Counted from the first letter of the stretch, positions 16,572 to 24,676 are shown. The stretch: DNA of 64,000 bases from a virus (IMGVR_UViG_3300014205_000195:28184-92183); one strand, 5' to 3'. The notes: generated by a model from the sequence alone, not told the origin. A program made the numbers and translations.

Positions 16572-16805
16572 CGTCACTGTCTCTCTGGGGAAGTCTTCCC
16601 TCCCCATGATGAGAACGAAGCACCGGCAGCACACGTAGGCCGTCAGCCCGTGCGCCGGCCGGCGCCGGTCGTCAAACATCCGCTCCTCGCCCACCTTGTG
16701 GGTCGCAGGCGCTCGACACATGGAACATCGCTCGCCGGCACACGCGGCGGACACCCAATGCTCGACACTCACGACATCCTCGGGATCATGCTGATCAGCT
16801 GCCAC
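16563..16805 (-). CDS. hypothetical Cys-rich small protein (80 aa)
   Basis: ORF track; CxxC pairs. Confidence 0.35.
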   Translation of the reverse strand: MAADQHDPEDVVSVEHWVSAACAGERCSMCRAPATHKVGEERMFDDRRRPAHGLTAYVCCRCFVLIMGREDFPRETVTLG

Positions 16806-17458
16806 CGGTGCTCGCGCCAGTTGAACGCCTGCGTCATGGCGCCGTCTGGCTCGACGAGCCCGCCCATCCTGTCACGCGGCGTCGCCACCTCGTCCAGCAT
16901 GACGTCGTTCAGCTCCAGCCGCTCCACTAGCTCATGCACCTTCATGCCCTGGCACGCAGAGTGCCCGAACCGGCTCTGCGCGATGGCGTTGATGCTGTTC
17001 CTAACGGCATCTTTCTGTCGCCAGAGGAAGTAGTTCTCCACCTCTGTAGGGTCCGGTATTGTCCAGACCCGCGAATCGAACGTCGCGAGCCGTCTCCACT
17101 CAGGCATGGCCGCGTTGAAGCACGCGGTCGCTATCGACGCCGACACGCTAGCGAGCTTCTGGACGTTGTTGTCGAACATGGCCTCCGTCTCTACCGTCTC
17201 GAAGTCGGTCATCAGAAGGCTCACCTCGTCGCTCTGCACGTACGCAAACCTCGCGTTCTGCATCGTGGTGACGAGCCCTGAGGCGACCGCGTCCATCGCG
17301 TTCGTTATCATCCGGTCGAACGGCTTCTCGAACGGGCGACACAGCGTGTGGAACGCGCGTCCGTCCACCCTGATGAGCGTGTACGTGCGGCGCGGCAGCA
17401 TGTACCGGGTCCTGTCCTCGTACTGCCTCTTCATCCGATCGCCTAGCTCGTCGCGCAT
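16769..17458 (-). CDS. Thg1-like protein (tRNA-His guanylyltransferase family, 3'-5' nucleotidyltransferase used in tRNA 5'-end repair)
   Basis: YTLIRVDGRAFHTLCRPFEKPFD...AYVQSDEVSL matches the Thg1/TLP signature (RIDGRxFHKF...KPND...SDE); start trimmed to the internal Met because the ORF-track N-terminus overlaps tRNA-Arg. Confidence 0.7.
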   Translation of the reverse strand: MRDELGDRMKRQYEDRTRYMLPRRTYTLIRVDGRAFHTLCRPFEKPFDRMITNAMDAVASGLVTTMQNARFAYVQSDEVSLLMTDFETVETEAMFDNNVQKLASVSASIATACFNAAMPEWRRLATFDSRVWTIPDPTEVENYFLWRQKDAVRNSINAIAQSRFGHSACQGMKVHELVERLELNDVMLDEVATPRDRMGGLVEPDGAMTQAFNWREHRWQLISMIPRMS

Positions 17459-17481
17459 CACACCAGCCTCGCTGTGGTCTT

Positions 17482-17556
17482 TGGTACCCTCGGCAGGACT
17501 CGAACCCACATCCTGACGTTCGAAGCGTCGCATCCTATCCGTTGGACGACGAGGGC
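17482..17556 (-). tRNA. tRNA-Arg(TCG)
   Basis: anticodon loop CTTCGAA; T-loop TTCGAGT; CCA encoded; G1:U72 wobble. Confidence 0.7.
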
Positions 17557-17710
17557 ATTGTACCGGGCTACTTCAGACCCCGGCCCGGCAGGCACGTCTC
17601 GCAGCGTCCTGCTCTGCTGCACCGTCGGACCGCTCGCCACCCACCCCGGCTACCCACTCGCGCGATGTGGTTCACGGGCCTAAGCCTCGTCCGTCCGACA
17701 GTCTCTAGTT

Positions 17711-17787
17711 TGGCGCCCCCGGCAGGACTCGAACCCGCGGCCTTGGAGGTAGAAGCTCCCTGCTCTATCCGACTGAGCTACGGAGGC
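17711..17787 (-). tRNA. tRNA-Arg(TCT)
   Basis: anticodon loop CTTCTAC; D-arm GCTC-AGTCGGATA-GAGC; T-loop TTCGAGT; CCA encoded. Confidence 0.75.
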
Positions 17788-17995
17788 GCTCGATGGTCGC
17801 AGTCTCCTTGGACTGCCTGTACCCTGGCCTCGCCAGGACTATGTTCTGGGCGGCGTGCACGGCGGCCACGAACTCGGCAGAGTCCGATGGGTGCTCATCT
17901 GGGAGGAGCCAGAACGCCTTCGCGGCGGCCCCAAGCAGCTCCAGGACGCGCAGCTCGACGTCTGTGATCAGGAACCCGCTCAGGTCGTCAGTCAC
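17765..17995 (-). CDS. hypothetical small protein (GTG start, about 76 aa)
   Basis: Trimmed from ORF track 17765..18094; weak. Confidence 0.25.
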   Translation of the reverse strand: MTDDLSGFLITDVELRVLELLGAAAKAFWLLPDEHPSDSAEFVAAVHAAQNIVLARPGYRQSKETATIERLRSSVG

Positions 17996-18194
17996 GGAGG
18001 CGGTACTCCTTCTCTGCGTTCCACTCGAGGGCCTCCACGATGAGGCGCGCCTCGAGCGGGTCATAGCCGCCGGCGACCAGCGCTGAGTGGACAACCTCCC
18101 TCGTCTCTATCGAGCTTCGACCCAGCCAGCTCATCCAGAGCCCCCTCGTCTCTGCGTTCAACGCCCTGTCCGGGTTCACGTCGTACCACCCCAT
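17988..18194 (-). CDS. hypothetical protein (68 aa)
   Basis: ORF track; protein-like. Confidence 0.4.
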   Translation of the reverse strand: MGWYDVNPDRALNAETRGLWMSWLGRSSIETREVVHSALVAGGYDPLEARLIVEALEWNAEKEYRLRD

Positions 18195-18212
18195 CGCATG
18201 CCCTCCGTCTCG

Positions 18213-18288
18213 TGGTAGGCCGGGCGGGACTCGAACCCGCGACCTCGTCCTTCGCAGGGACGCGCTCTATCCGCTGAGCCACCGGCCT
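18213..18288 (-). tRNA. tRNA-Arg(GCG)
   Basis: anticodon loop CTGCGAA; AC stem CGTCC/GGACG; perfect acceptor AGGCCGG/CCGGCCT; CCA encoded. Confidence 0.75.
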
Positions 18289-18294
18289 GTGTCG

Positions 18295-19185
18295 CTACTC
18301 CGGCTCCTGCTCCCCCCGTCCGGGTACGTACCTCGTCTTGCCATACCCGCCGGCCCTGATCCTGTCGTACTTGAAGTACTCGCACAGCCAGTGCTCTATC
18401 GAGCTCAGGTGGAGGCGCTGGAGGCCTGGCGCGGCGACCGACTGGAAATCGAGCTCCAGCCTGTGGTACGCCTCGTCCTGGACGTCCCTGAGCCGCCGCA
18501 TGGCGCCCATGGCCTCGGTCGGCTTGAGCTTGTACCCGAAGACGACCTCGAGCCCGCCGAGCGCGCCAGGGCCGGCGTGCGCCCACTCGTCCACGCCGAC
18601 GGTGACGACTGGGTCCGGGCCGTACGTGAGGTCCTGCACCATCTGGTACCCGAGGAAGCTGCCGACGCCGTCCACGCAGGTCATCCACTCATAGGCGCCC
18701 TCCAGCGAGGGCGCGGCCTTGAGCTTCACCGCCAACGCCTCGGACATCCACGCGACCGTCGGGATCGCCTCCGTCACCGCCTTGAACGACGGCGCCATGT
18801 GGGCGGACGTGAACACCGGCTTCTTGGACTTCTTCCGTTCGGCCATCCTGGCCACCACGTCCCGCGGCTCCAGGTCGGCCATGCTCACGAAGCCGCCGAG
18901 CACGTCCCGCCACGAGTCCACGTTGTTCAGCTCGCGGTAGAACCACACGTTCCACACGATGTCCGCGTCGGACAGCCCCGCCGCCCTCGCCTCTGTGATT
19001 CTGTCTATCAGGAACACGGTCCCTGCGTCCAACTCCCTGAACACGTTCGTGAACTTCCACGAGGAGAAGACCGGGTCGTCCGTCCACGGGGCGGACGCTC
19101 CTGAGTCCCTCACGTGCCATATGCGCTGGCGCTCGTGCGCGGTCCTGAAGAAGTCCTCTAGGGCAGCAGTCCAGTCGAGCCGCAA
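18295..19185 (-). CDS. hypothetical protein (296 aa), conserved-looking, function unknown
   Basis: ORF track; globular composition (…FTNVFRELDAGTVFLIDRI…); no family recognised with confidence. Confidence 0.6.
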   Translation of the reverse strand: MRLDWTAALEDFFRTAHERQRIWHVRDSGASAPWTDDPVFSSWKFTNVFRELDAGTVFLIDRITEARAAGLSDADIVWNVWFYRELNNVDSWRDVLGGFVSMADLEPRDVVARMAERKKSKKPVFTSAHMAPSFKAVTEAIPTVAWMSEALAVKLKAAPSLEGAYEWMTCVDGVGSFLGYQMVQDLTYGPDPVVTVGVDEWAHAGPGALGGLEVVFGYKLKPTEAMGAMRRLRDVQDEAYHRLELDFQSVAAPGLQRLHLSSIEHWLCEYFKYDRIRAGGYGKTRYVPGRGEQEPE

Positions 19186-19398
19186 GCCATCTCCCGGCCG
19201 GAGGTCACCGGCATCGGCTACAGCTTACCAGGAAGTCGTGGCCGTAGTACGAGGCCCTGTCGATGTCCACGTCGTCGCGGTGACGGCCCAGCACGTGGCA
19301 CAGCACAAATGATATTATGGCATTCATATCACGATTATACCGGCGCCGGCACTGCGACCGGACCCGCGCACCAACGGCGCTCCCTATGGCATCGATAG

Positions 19399-19487
19399 TG
19401 GAGGAGGGCGGCGGACTCGAACCCCCACGCCGGCTCTCGCCGACCTCACCGCTTTCGAGGCGGCGTACCTCTCCTTTGGGGCCCTCC
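19399..19487 (-). tRNA. tRNA-Ser(CGA) (class II)
   Basis: anticodon loop CTCGAAA; perfect acceptor GGAGGGC/GCCCTCC; long variable arm; CCA encoded. Confidence 0.75.
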
Positions 19488-19489
19488 AC

Positions 19490-19702
19490 TCATGTGACGA
19501 CGACGAATATGACCGCCATGCAGCAGGCGACAGCCAGGGCGTACGTACCGACGTAACCGATCAGCAGCGCGGCGACCCAGTGGCTGCCGATCGACAGGGT
19601 GCTCTCCCTCTGCCGGGCGACGTCGATGAGCAGCGACCTGATGTTGGCCACGCATAGCGCGATAACGACGACGCTTATAATGACAGCCAGCCAACCGACC
19701 AT
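19490..19702 (-). CDS. small two-TM membrane protein (70 aa), holin-like topology
   Basis: Two hydrophobic segments (LAVIISVVVIALCV / VAALLIGYVGTYALAVACCMAVIFVVV). Confidence 0.45.
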   Translation of the reverse strand: MVGWLAVIISVVVIALCVANIRSLLIDVARQRESTLSIGSHWVAALLIGYVGTYALAVACCMAVIFVVVT

Positions 19703-19940
19703 TCCAGCCTCCGGCGACGGCGGCCCGATAGATCGATTGGTCGCAGCGAGGGGGACCCGAGAGGTCGAGCTCGCTAACCGCGGTTATCGCCGATGGCCGC
19801 TGGGGTCCCACGCCAAAGCGCCATCCCCAGGTTTTGGATACGGAAAGCCATCGACGCTTCCCCGTGCCCAATCCAGGCACGCTGGTCGGGCCCCCGTCGC
19901 TGTGTTAGATAATACCGCGAACCGAGCTCGCGCTCAGCAG

Positions 19941-20288
19941 CTACTTCCCGATGAACTTCCACGGCTTACGGGTCTCATGGCACCGGCCGTCGAACCCGTC
20001 GACCCTCGCGGCCCATCTCAGGTCGGACGCTTCACGGCGCATCCACTGGAGCGGGTTGGACTCCTCATGGCAGGTCCGCCAATGGTCCCAGACGTAATCG
20101 TTCCAGTCCCACACCTGCGACACGTCCCGGAGAGTCGGCGGCGGCCTTGACTCTATGTCGCCCGCCAACCACGAGCGAACGGCCGCCCTGAGCGTCCTGT
20201 TGGCGAGCGTCTTCCAGTAACGCGCAACACGCGGCCTGCCGGCCCCCTTTCTGACCGGCGAGCTCCTGTACGAACGAGACATGATCAC
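19941..20288 (-). CDS. hypothetical protein (115 aa)
   Basis: ORF track; Trp-rich, protein-like. Confidence 0.45.
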   Translation of the reverse strand: MIMSRSYRSSPVRKGAGRPRVARYWKTLANRTLRAAVRSWLAGDIESRPPPTLRDVSQVWDWNDYVWDHWRTCHEESNPLQWMRREASDLRWAARVDGFDGRCHETRKPWKFIGK

Positions 20289-20328
20289 CTCCCTAGAGGA
20301 ATCTCATGCCTACACCTCCCAGTTTATC

Positions 20329-20417
20329 TGGCGGAAGGACAGGGAATCGAACCCTGGACCCGGTCTCCCGGGCAGCCGCTTTCAAGGCGGTGTCCTCGTC
20401 CGTGCCGGACGCCTTCC
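20329..20417 (-). tRNA. tRNA-Ser(TGA) (class II)
   Basis: anticodon loop CTTGAAA; discriminator G; long variable arm; CCA encoded. Confidence 0.7.
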
Positions 20418-20433
20418 GTACGACTCTATCATC

Positions 20434-20528
20434 TGGCGGACAGGGAGGGATTCGAACCCTCGGACCGCCCGTAATGGGCGACCACCCGCTTTCCAAGCGG
20501 GCCCGTTCGGCCTCTCCGGCACCTGTCC
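20434..20528 (-). tRNA. tRNA-Ser(GGA) (class II)
   Basis: anticodon loop TTGGAAA; AC stem CCCGC/GCGGG; perfect acceptor GGACAGG/CCTGTCC; CCA encoded. Confidence 0.75.
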
Positions 20529-20732
20529 GTTCCGCTGGAAGTGGGACGCCAGCCGGGTGGATTCCAACCACCTGGCAACATTACGTTCTCCGGTTTCCAC
20601 CCCGCAGCCTAACGCGGGGGAACCTTCCTGCGAGCGAGGGTGTCACGCACCACGCCGCGGCCGACGGAGCCCACACGCGATCGGTACCACGGGTCTACCC
20701 GTAGCCCTAGTCGCCGTCCCCAGCCTGGATCT

Positions 20733-20807
20733 TGGTGGACCGGCCGGGACTCGAACCCGGAACTCCTCGGTGCGAGCGAGGTGTTTTCCCATTAGCACTA
20801 CAGGCCC
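20733..20807 (-). tRNA. tRNA-Ala(CGC)
   Basis: anticodon loop CTCGCAC; G3:U70 wobble (Ala identity element) present; CCA encoded. Confidence 0.75.
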
Positions 20808-20819
20808 ATGCTGTTGCGT

Positions 20820-20894
20820 TGGTGGACCGGCCGGGACTCGAACCCGGAACTCCTCCATGCCATGGAGGCGTTTTCCCGTTGCTACTACAGGCCC
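20820..20894 (-). tRNA. tRNA-Ala(GGC)
   Basis: anticodon loop ATGGCAT; AC stem CCTCC/GGAGG; G3:U70; same 3' half as the neighbouring Ala tRNA; CCA encoded. Confidence 0.75.
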
Positions 20895-20905
20895 ACGCTG
20901 CTAGA

Positions 20906-21697
20906 TCAGTCGATGTCGGGCATGAGCCCGCGCGACTCGAGGTACTTGGCTGTCCGCTCGGCCTCGTCGACGGAGATGCCGGCCGCCGCGGCCACGAGGC
21001 TCGCATCGGTGGAACCGATGCTCGCGGAGGTGGCGACGTAGGACCTGGCGCTGTTGACGAGGCCCGCCGTGCTCGCCATGGTCATGTGCACGGAGTGCGA
21101 CGCCTGGTGGATGTCATCGACCGACATCGTCGTGTACTCGCCCTCGCAGGCCGTCGCCAGGTCCTTGAACCCAGCAACGTCGGAACCGATCGATATCACG
21201 CTCAGGCGCAACGATCCCTCGTTTATCGAGCGGGCGACGCCGCCGAGCGTTAGGCCGCACGGGCATCCCTGCGGGAACCCGTCGCCCCACTGACCCGCCA
21301 TCCCGTGCGGCGGCGCGTCGCCGACCAGCCACAGGCGCCGGTCCGCCTTCCTGCGCCACTTGAGGGAGACCGCCGCGTCCAGCCCGTCGAACACGGCCTC
21401 CGGCGCGTCGCCGCCGCCGCTCGCGAACATGCGACCGAGGGCCATCTTGAAGCCCTGCGTGTCCTTCCAGTCGGTGACATGCGTGACGAAGGACGAGTCC
21501 TGCGGCGGGTGATCGCGGTACGCAACGAGCGCGACCCTCAGATCGAGGCCGGCGTCCGTCGCCACCTCGTCGAGGATCCGCTTGATCTCGCGGCGAGCCT
21601 CATCGATGAACGGGCTCATGCTGCCCGTGCTGTCCACCACGAACGCAAGGTCTACCTTGCCGATGTCGTCTGTCACGTGTTTCCCGTCCTTGCCCAT
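20906..21697 (-). CDS. von Willebrand factor A (vWA) domain protein (about 263 aa)
   Basis: MIDAS motif DLAFVVDSTGSM near N-terminus; start trimmed to MGKDGKH (ATG 21697) since the ORF-track N-terminus overlaps tRNAs. Confidence 0.7.
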   Translation of the reverse strand: MGKDGKHVTDDIGKVDLAFVVDSTGSMSPFIDEARREIKRILDEVATDAGLDLRVALVAYRDHPPQDSSFVTHVTDWKDTQGFKMALGRMFASGGGDAPEAVFDGLDAAVSLKWRRKADRRLWLVGDAPPHGMAGQWGDGFPQGCPCGLTLGGVARSINEGSLRLSVISIGSDVAGFKDLATACEGEYTTMSVDDIHQASHSVHMTMASTAGLVNSARSYVATSASIGSTDASLVAAAAGISVDEAERTAKYLESRGLMPDID

Positions 21698-21721
21698 TGT
21701 GTCTACGCAAGCATACCGGGA

Positions 21722-21800
21722 TGCGCCCGCCCCGGAGTCGAACCGGTCCTTCCTCCGCAATGGAGGACGTGCTGCCGCAACACCTCTGCGAACTCTGGCC
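21722..21800 (-). other. tRNA-like element with T-arm (CCGG-TTCGACT-CCGG) but no clean acceptor pairing
   Basis: minus-strand reading; a CCTCC/GGAGG hairpin is present but no canonical anticodon loop. Confidence 0.25.
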
Positions 21801-21900
21801 GTGCAGCGCTGCCGCGCCGAGACGGGGGCCGTCGCCCGTCCAAGCCGGCGGGTGATCGGCCCGCCGGACCGGCGCCCGCGGAGCGCCGGCTTACATGCTA

Positions 21901-21977
21901 TGGTCCCCAGTACGGGATTCGAACCCGTGTTCTCTTGATTGACAATCAAGTATGTTGGGCCTCTACACCAACTGGAG
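21901..21977 (-). tRNA. tRNA-Asp(GTC)
   Basis: anticodon loop TTGTCAA; AC stem CTTGA/TCAAG; T-arm ACGGG-TTCGAAT-CCCGT; CCA encoded. Confidence 0.7.
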
Positions 21978-21981
21978 GTCT

Positions 21982-22066
21982 TGGTACCGGGGGAGGGAGT
22001 CGAACCCTCACGCTCGTGGAGCATCGCATTCTGAGTACGACGTGGCTGCCGTTACACCACCCCGGT
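21982..22066 (-). tRNA. tRNA-Leu(CAG) (class II)
   Basis: anticodon loop CTCAGAA; perfect acceptor ACCGGGG/CCCCGGT; variable-arm hairpin; CCA encoded. Confidence 0.75.
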
Positions 22067-22102
22067 GAGCGAGCGGCTGGACTGCCAGCCGCATCAATGC
22101 CT

Positions 22103-22187
22103 TGGTACCGTCGGCAGGGATCGAACCTGCTAGCGCGAACGCACCGGGTTTACAGTCCGGCTCCCAGTCCATTAGAGAATCAACGGC
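22103..22187 (-). tRNA. tRNA-Tyr(GTA) (class II)
   Basis: anticodon loop CTGTAAA; T-arm GCAGG-TTCGATC-CCTGC; variable arm GCGTTCGCGC; CCA encoded. Confidence 0.7.
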
Positions 22188-22231
22188 ATGGTGCCGGGCT
22201 ATTCAATGCGGTGCCCGGCGGAACGCTCCTT

Positions 22232-22307
22232 TGGCTGGTCGGGAGGGATTCGAACCCCCACCTTAGCGGGTAACAACCGCCCATCATACCTATTAGACCA
22301 CCGACCA
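22232..22307 (-). tRNA. tRNA-Asn(GTT)
   Basis: anticodon loop TTGTTAC; perfect acceptor TGGTCGG/CCGACCA; discriminator G; CCA encoded. Confidence 0.75.
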
Positions 22308-22310
22308 ATC

Positions 22311-22397
22311 TGGTACGGACGGGGGGAGTCGAACCCCCACCCCCTCTCGAGGACCGGACTCTCATTCCGGCGCGTCTGCCATTCCAGCCACGTCCGT
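22311..22397 (-). tRNA. tRNA-Leu(GAG) (class II)
   Basis: anticodon loop ATGAGAG; AC stem CCGGA/TCCGG; perfect acceptor ACGGACG/CGTCCGT; CCA encoded. Confidence 0.75.
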
Positions 22398-22778
22398 GCT
22401 TACCCTGCTCCTGAGCTTGAACTCGGCGAGCAGGATCTCCATCTCTCGTCGACCGACCAGCTCCTCGCCGGGACGGGTCAGCCCGAGCTCGAACAGGCGA
22501 CACGGCTTGTTGTCCCAACGGACGCACACGCCGCGGCCCCACCTGGCGTGCTTCATGTCGCACACCAGGCAACGATAATGCCCGTGGTGGCCGCAGTCGT
22601 CGCCAACCACCTTGACCGCTGCGTCGGTGTGGTGGACGAACCGCCCCATGCCGAGGTGCTCGGTCCAGCACACCTTGACGCCCAGCCTCGATGCACGACG
22701 CATCTTCCTTATCGTCGGGAGCGCCGCGACGGCGACCGCTACCGACGCCAGACAGACCACCATGATCGCCGTCAGCAT
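22362..22778 (-). CDS. hypothetical membrane/secreted protein (138 aa)
   Basis: ORF track; hydrophobic N-terminus; its 3' end overlaps tRNA-Leu(GAG) by about 35 nt so the true stop may differ. Confidence 0.4.
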   Translation of the reverse strand: MLTAIMVVCLASVAVAVAALPTIRKMRRASRLGVKVCWTEHLGMGRFVHHTDAAVKVVGDDCGHHGHYRCLVCDMKHARWGRGVCVRWDNKPCRLFELGLTRPGEELVGRREMEILLAEFKLRSRVSTDVAGMADAPE

Positions 22779-22779
22779 C

Positions 22780-22856
22780 TGGTACCCCCCGGGGGATTCG
22801 AACCCCCATCTCCACGGGTAAAAGCCGCGCGCTCTAGTCCGTTGAGCTAGGGAGGC
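22780..22856 (-). tRNA. tRNA-Lys(TTT)
   Basis: anticodon loop CTTTTAC; D-arm GCTC-AACGGACTA-GAGC; T-loop TTCGAAT; CCA encoded. Confidence 0.75.
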
Positions 22857-23043
22857 CCTTCTTGGCGGCCCAGGCCTCCTCGACCACGCGGTCGACGAGC
22901 TCCCTGGTTATCCTCGGGTTCTCGATGTGAAGGTTGCCCCAGACAAACGACTTGGCCTGCTCCTTCTTCATCTCGTCCGTCATCACGAACCCGCTGGCGC
23001 GGATGCGGTCCAGCATGGCCACTATGTCGTCGTTGCTTGGCAT
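22834..23043 (-). CDS. hypothetical small protein (about 69 aa, MPSNDDIVAMLDRIRASGF...)
   Basis: Trimmed from ORF track 22834..23181; start set at ATG 23043. Confidence 0.4.
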   Translation of the reverse strand: MPSNDDIVAMLDRIRASGFVMTDEMKKEQAKSFVWGNLHIENPRITRELVDRVVEEAWAAKKGLPSSTD

Positions 23044-23061
23044 CCGCCGCCTTTCTTTCTT

Positions 23062-23135
23062 TGGAGCAACCGGAGGGAGTTGAACCCTCGACCCGACCTT
23101 GGCAAGGTCGTGCGTTACCGCTACGCCACGGCTGC
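23062..23135 (-). tRNA. tRNA-Gly(GCC)
   Basis: CGACC-TTGCCAA-GGTCG anticodon arm (classic Gly-GCC arm); T-loop TTCAACT; discriminator U; CCA encoded. Confidence 0.8.
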
Positions 23136-23236
23136 GAGGTGGACCGCCATGGACGGTCCCGTTGGGCGCGTCGCCTACCATCCAACGCCCTTCAGGGGAG
23201 CCACATCGACCACTCCCCCAACCCGAAACGCCTTCT

Positions 23237-23314
23237 TGGTCTGGGTGGCAGGATTTGAACCCGCGACATCTCGGATCCGAACCGAGTACTCTGGCCAGGC
23301 TGAGCTACACCCAG
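23237..23314 (-). tRNA. tRNA-Pro(CGG)
   Basis: anticodon loop TTCGGAT; AC stem CTCGG/CCGAG; perfect acceptor CTGGGTG/CACCCAG; T-loop TTCAAAT; CCA encoded. Confidence 0.75.
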
Positions 23315-23319
23315 ACGAT

Positions 23320-23394
23320 TGGTCGGAACGACGGGATTCGAACCCGCGTCCTCCCGGTCCCAAACCGGGCGCGCGACCGCTGCGCTACATTCCG
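23320..23394 (-). tRNA. tRNA-Pro(TGG)
   Basis: anticodon loop TTTGGGA; AC stem CCCGG/CCGGG; T-loop TTCGAAT; CCA encoded. Confidence 0.75.
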
Positions 23395-23405
23395 ACTGAC
23401 TTGAT

Positions 23406-23483
23406 TGGTAACGGGGTCGAGAGTCGAACTCGATGATCTTCGGCTTATGAGGCCGACGAGACTTCCCTTTCTCCATCCCCGCA
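23406..23483 (-). tRNA. tRNA-Met(CAT)-like (third CAU tRNA; 1:72 mismatch)
   Basis: anticodon arm TCGGC-CTCATAA-GCCGA; T-arm TCGAG-TTCGACT-CTCGA; CCA encoded; the top acceptor pair is unpaired. Confidence 0.55.
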
Positions 23484-23587
23484 CCGCGGTGATCGCCGGT
23501 CGGATTCCCACCGACCGTCCGGGCCTGTGTTTCCCGGCGGTGGAGCGTGCGGCTTTACCCGCATGCCCTGTCGCCAGCGCACGTACC

Positions 23588-23603
23588 ACGCGTCGCGACG
23601 CGT
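23588..23603. repeat. perfect 16-bp palindrome ACGCGTCGCGACGCGT
   Basis: Sequence reads the same on both strands. Confidence 0.8.
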
Positions 23604-23620
23604 CGCGGCGATCGGCTCTT

Positions 23621-23697
23621 TGGTCTGGAAGGCGGGATTTGAACCCACGGCCCCTAGCCCCCCGAGCTAGTGCTCTACCAGGCTGAGCTACATCCAG
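23621..23697 (-). tRNA. tRNA-Pro(GGG)
   Basis: anticodon loop TCGGGGG (C33); AC stem CTAGC/GCTAG; T-loop TTCAAAT; CCA encoded; one acceptor mismatch. Confidence 0.65.
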
Positions 23698-23815
23698 ACG
23701 GGATTAGTAGTGGCGCGACCGACCACTCTCTCCCGGACCTTTCGTTGGCTTACCATGCGAGCACTCAAGGTGCCGATGGTCGGTCGCTTGCCAACATGAT
23801 ACCGGGGGACTGCTT

Positions 23816-23890
23816 TGGGGTGACCGGAGGGGCTCGAACCCTCGCCAGCTGAGTCACAATCAACCGTGCTGCCCTTACACCACGGTCACC
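23816..23890 (-). tRNA. tRNA-His(GTG)
   Basis: anticodon loop TTGTGAC; encoded extra 5' G(-1) opposite discriminator C (His hallmark); T-loop TTCGAGC; CCA encoded. Confidence 0.8.
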
Positions 23891-24050
23891 ATCCAGTGCC
23901 GGGCCTGACCCATCAGCCCAACCGCCCCGGCCTCCGCAGGTGATACCTACGCCAGGGTTCCCACCAACCGCCTCGTGAGGGCGGCGCCTTCGTCGGGACG
24001 GCGCGCTCTACCGCGGTGCGAACGCGGGAGCGCTGGCCGTCCTTCGTATA

Positions 24051-24125
24051 TGGTACCACGACCGGGAATCGAACCCGGGCCTCCGCCTTGAGAGGGCGGT
24101 GTCCTGGCCGCTAGACAATCGTGGC
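24051..24125 (-). tRNA. tRNA-Glu(CTC)
   Basis: anticodon loop CTCTCAA; AC stem CCGCC/GGCGG; T-arm CCGGG-TTCGATT-CCCGG; CCA encoded. Confidence 0.75.
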
Positions 24126-24128
24126 ACT

Positions 24129-24204
24129 TGGTAGCCCGTGCCGGATTCGAACCGGCGCCGTCCCGCTTGAAAGGCGGGCGTCCTGTCCGGTAGACGAACG
24201 GGCC
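24129..24204 (-). tRNA. tRNA-Glu(TTC)
   Basis: anticodon loop CTTTCAA; AC stem CCCGC/GCGGG; T-arm GCCGG-TTCGAAT-CCGGC; CCA encoded. Confidence 0.75.
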
Positions 24205-24361
24205 ACTTGTTCACTGCGGGCCGGGCTCGACACCGGCTTCCTTGTTTTCCCCGTTATAAGCGGGACATTCGGTATCCACCAACGGGCTAGCACGCGTTGG
24301 CGAAGGGGGAACCGCCTATCCAGCACCCCGCGTGTCCTTCCACGCTGCCGCAGTTCATTCT

Positions 24362-24437
24362 TGGTACCCCCGGCAGGACTCGAACCTGCGACCATCTCGT
24401 TAGGACCGAGCGACTCTATCCTCTGAGCTACGGAGGC
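24362..24437 (-). tRNA. tRNA-Arg(CCT)
   Basis: anticodon loop GTCCTAA; T-arm GCAGG-TTCGAGT-CCTGC; CCA encoded; one AC-stem mismatch. Confidence 0.65.
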
Positions 24438-24600
24438 ACTTCTTCATAAGGCCGGGCGACGAACTAAGCCGCCGCCCGGCCGAAGGCATACTATAAGGTT
24501 TCCCGCTTGGACTGGCCGCGACGCATCCTGTTGCGCCGCGACTCCTTGGTCGGATCGCATTACGCGGATATCGACCGGCGAACCGATCGACGTGTGTGTC

Positions 24601-24676
24601 TGGTACTCCAGGGGGGATTCGAACCCGCGACCTCCCAGATGTGAGCTGGGTGCTCTAGCCACTGAGCTACTGGAGT
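24601..24676 (-). tRNA. tRNA-Val(CAC)
   Basis: anticodon loop CTCACAT; AC stem CCCAG/CTGGG; perfect acceptor ACTCCAG/CTGGAGT; CCA encoded. Confidence 0.75.

Noticed and set aside
20529-20732. Possible tRNA at 20545..20600 (GGTGG-ATTCCAA-CCACC hairpin)
   Set aside because: The loop is TTGGAAT rather than TTCRANY, no acceptor or anticodon arms fold, and the region also holds a plain GC hairpin (CCCCGCAGCCTAACGCGGGG). Treated as spacer structure.
24205-24300. Candidate tRNA-Ile(TAT) (anticodon-arm-like hairpin TCCCG-CTTATAA-CGGGG)
   Set aside because: The T-arm has an 8-nt loop (TGTCGAGC) and no acceptor pairing; recorded only as a degenerate tRNA-like remnant.
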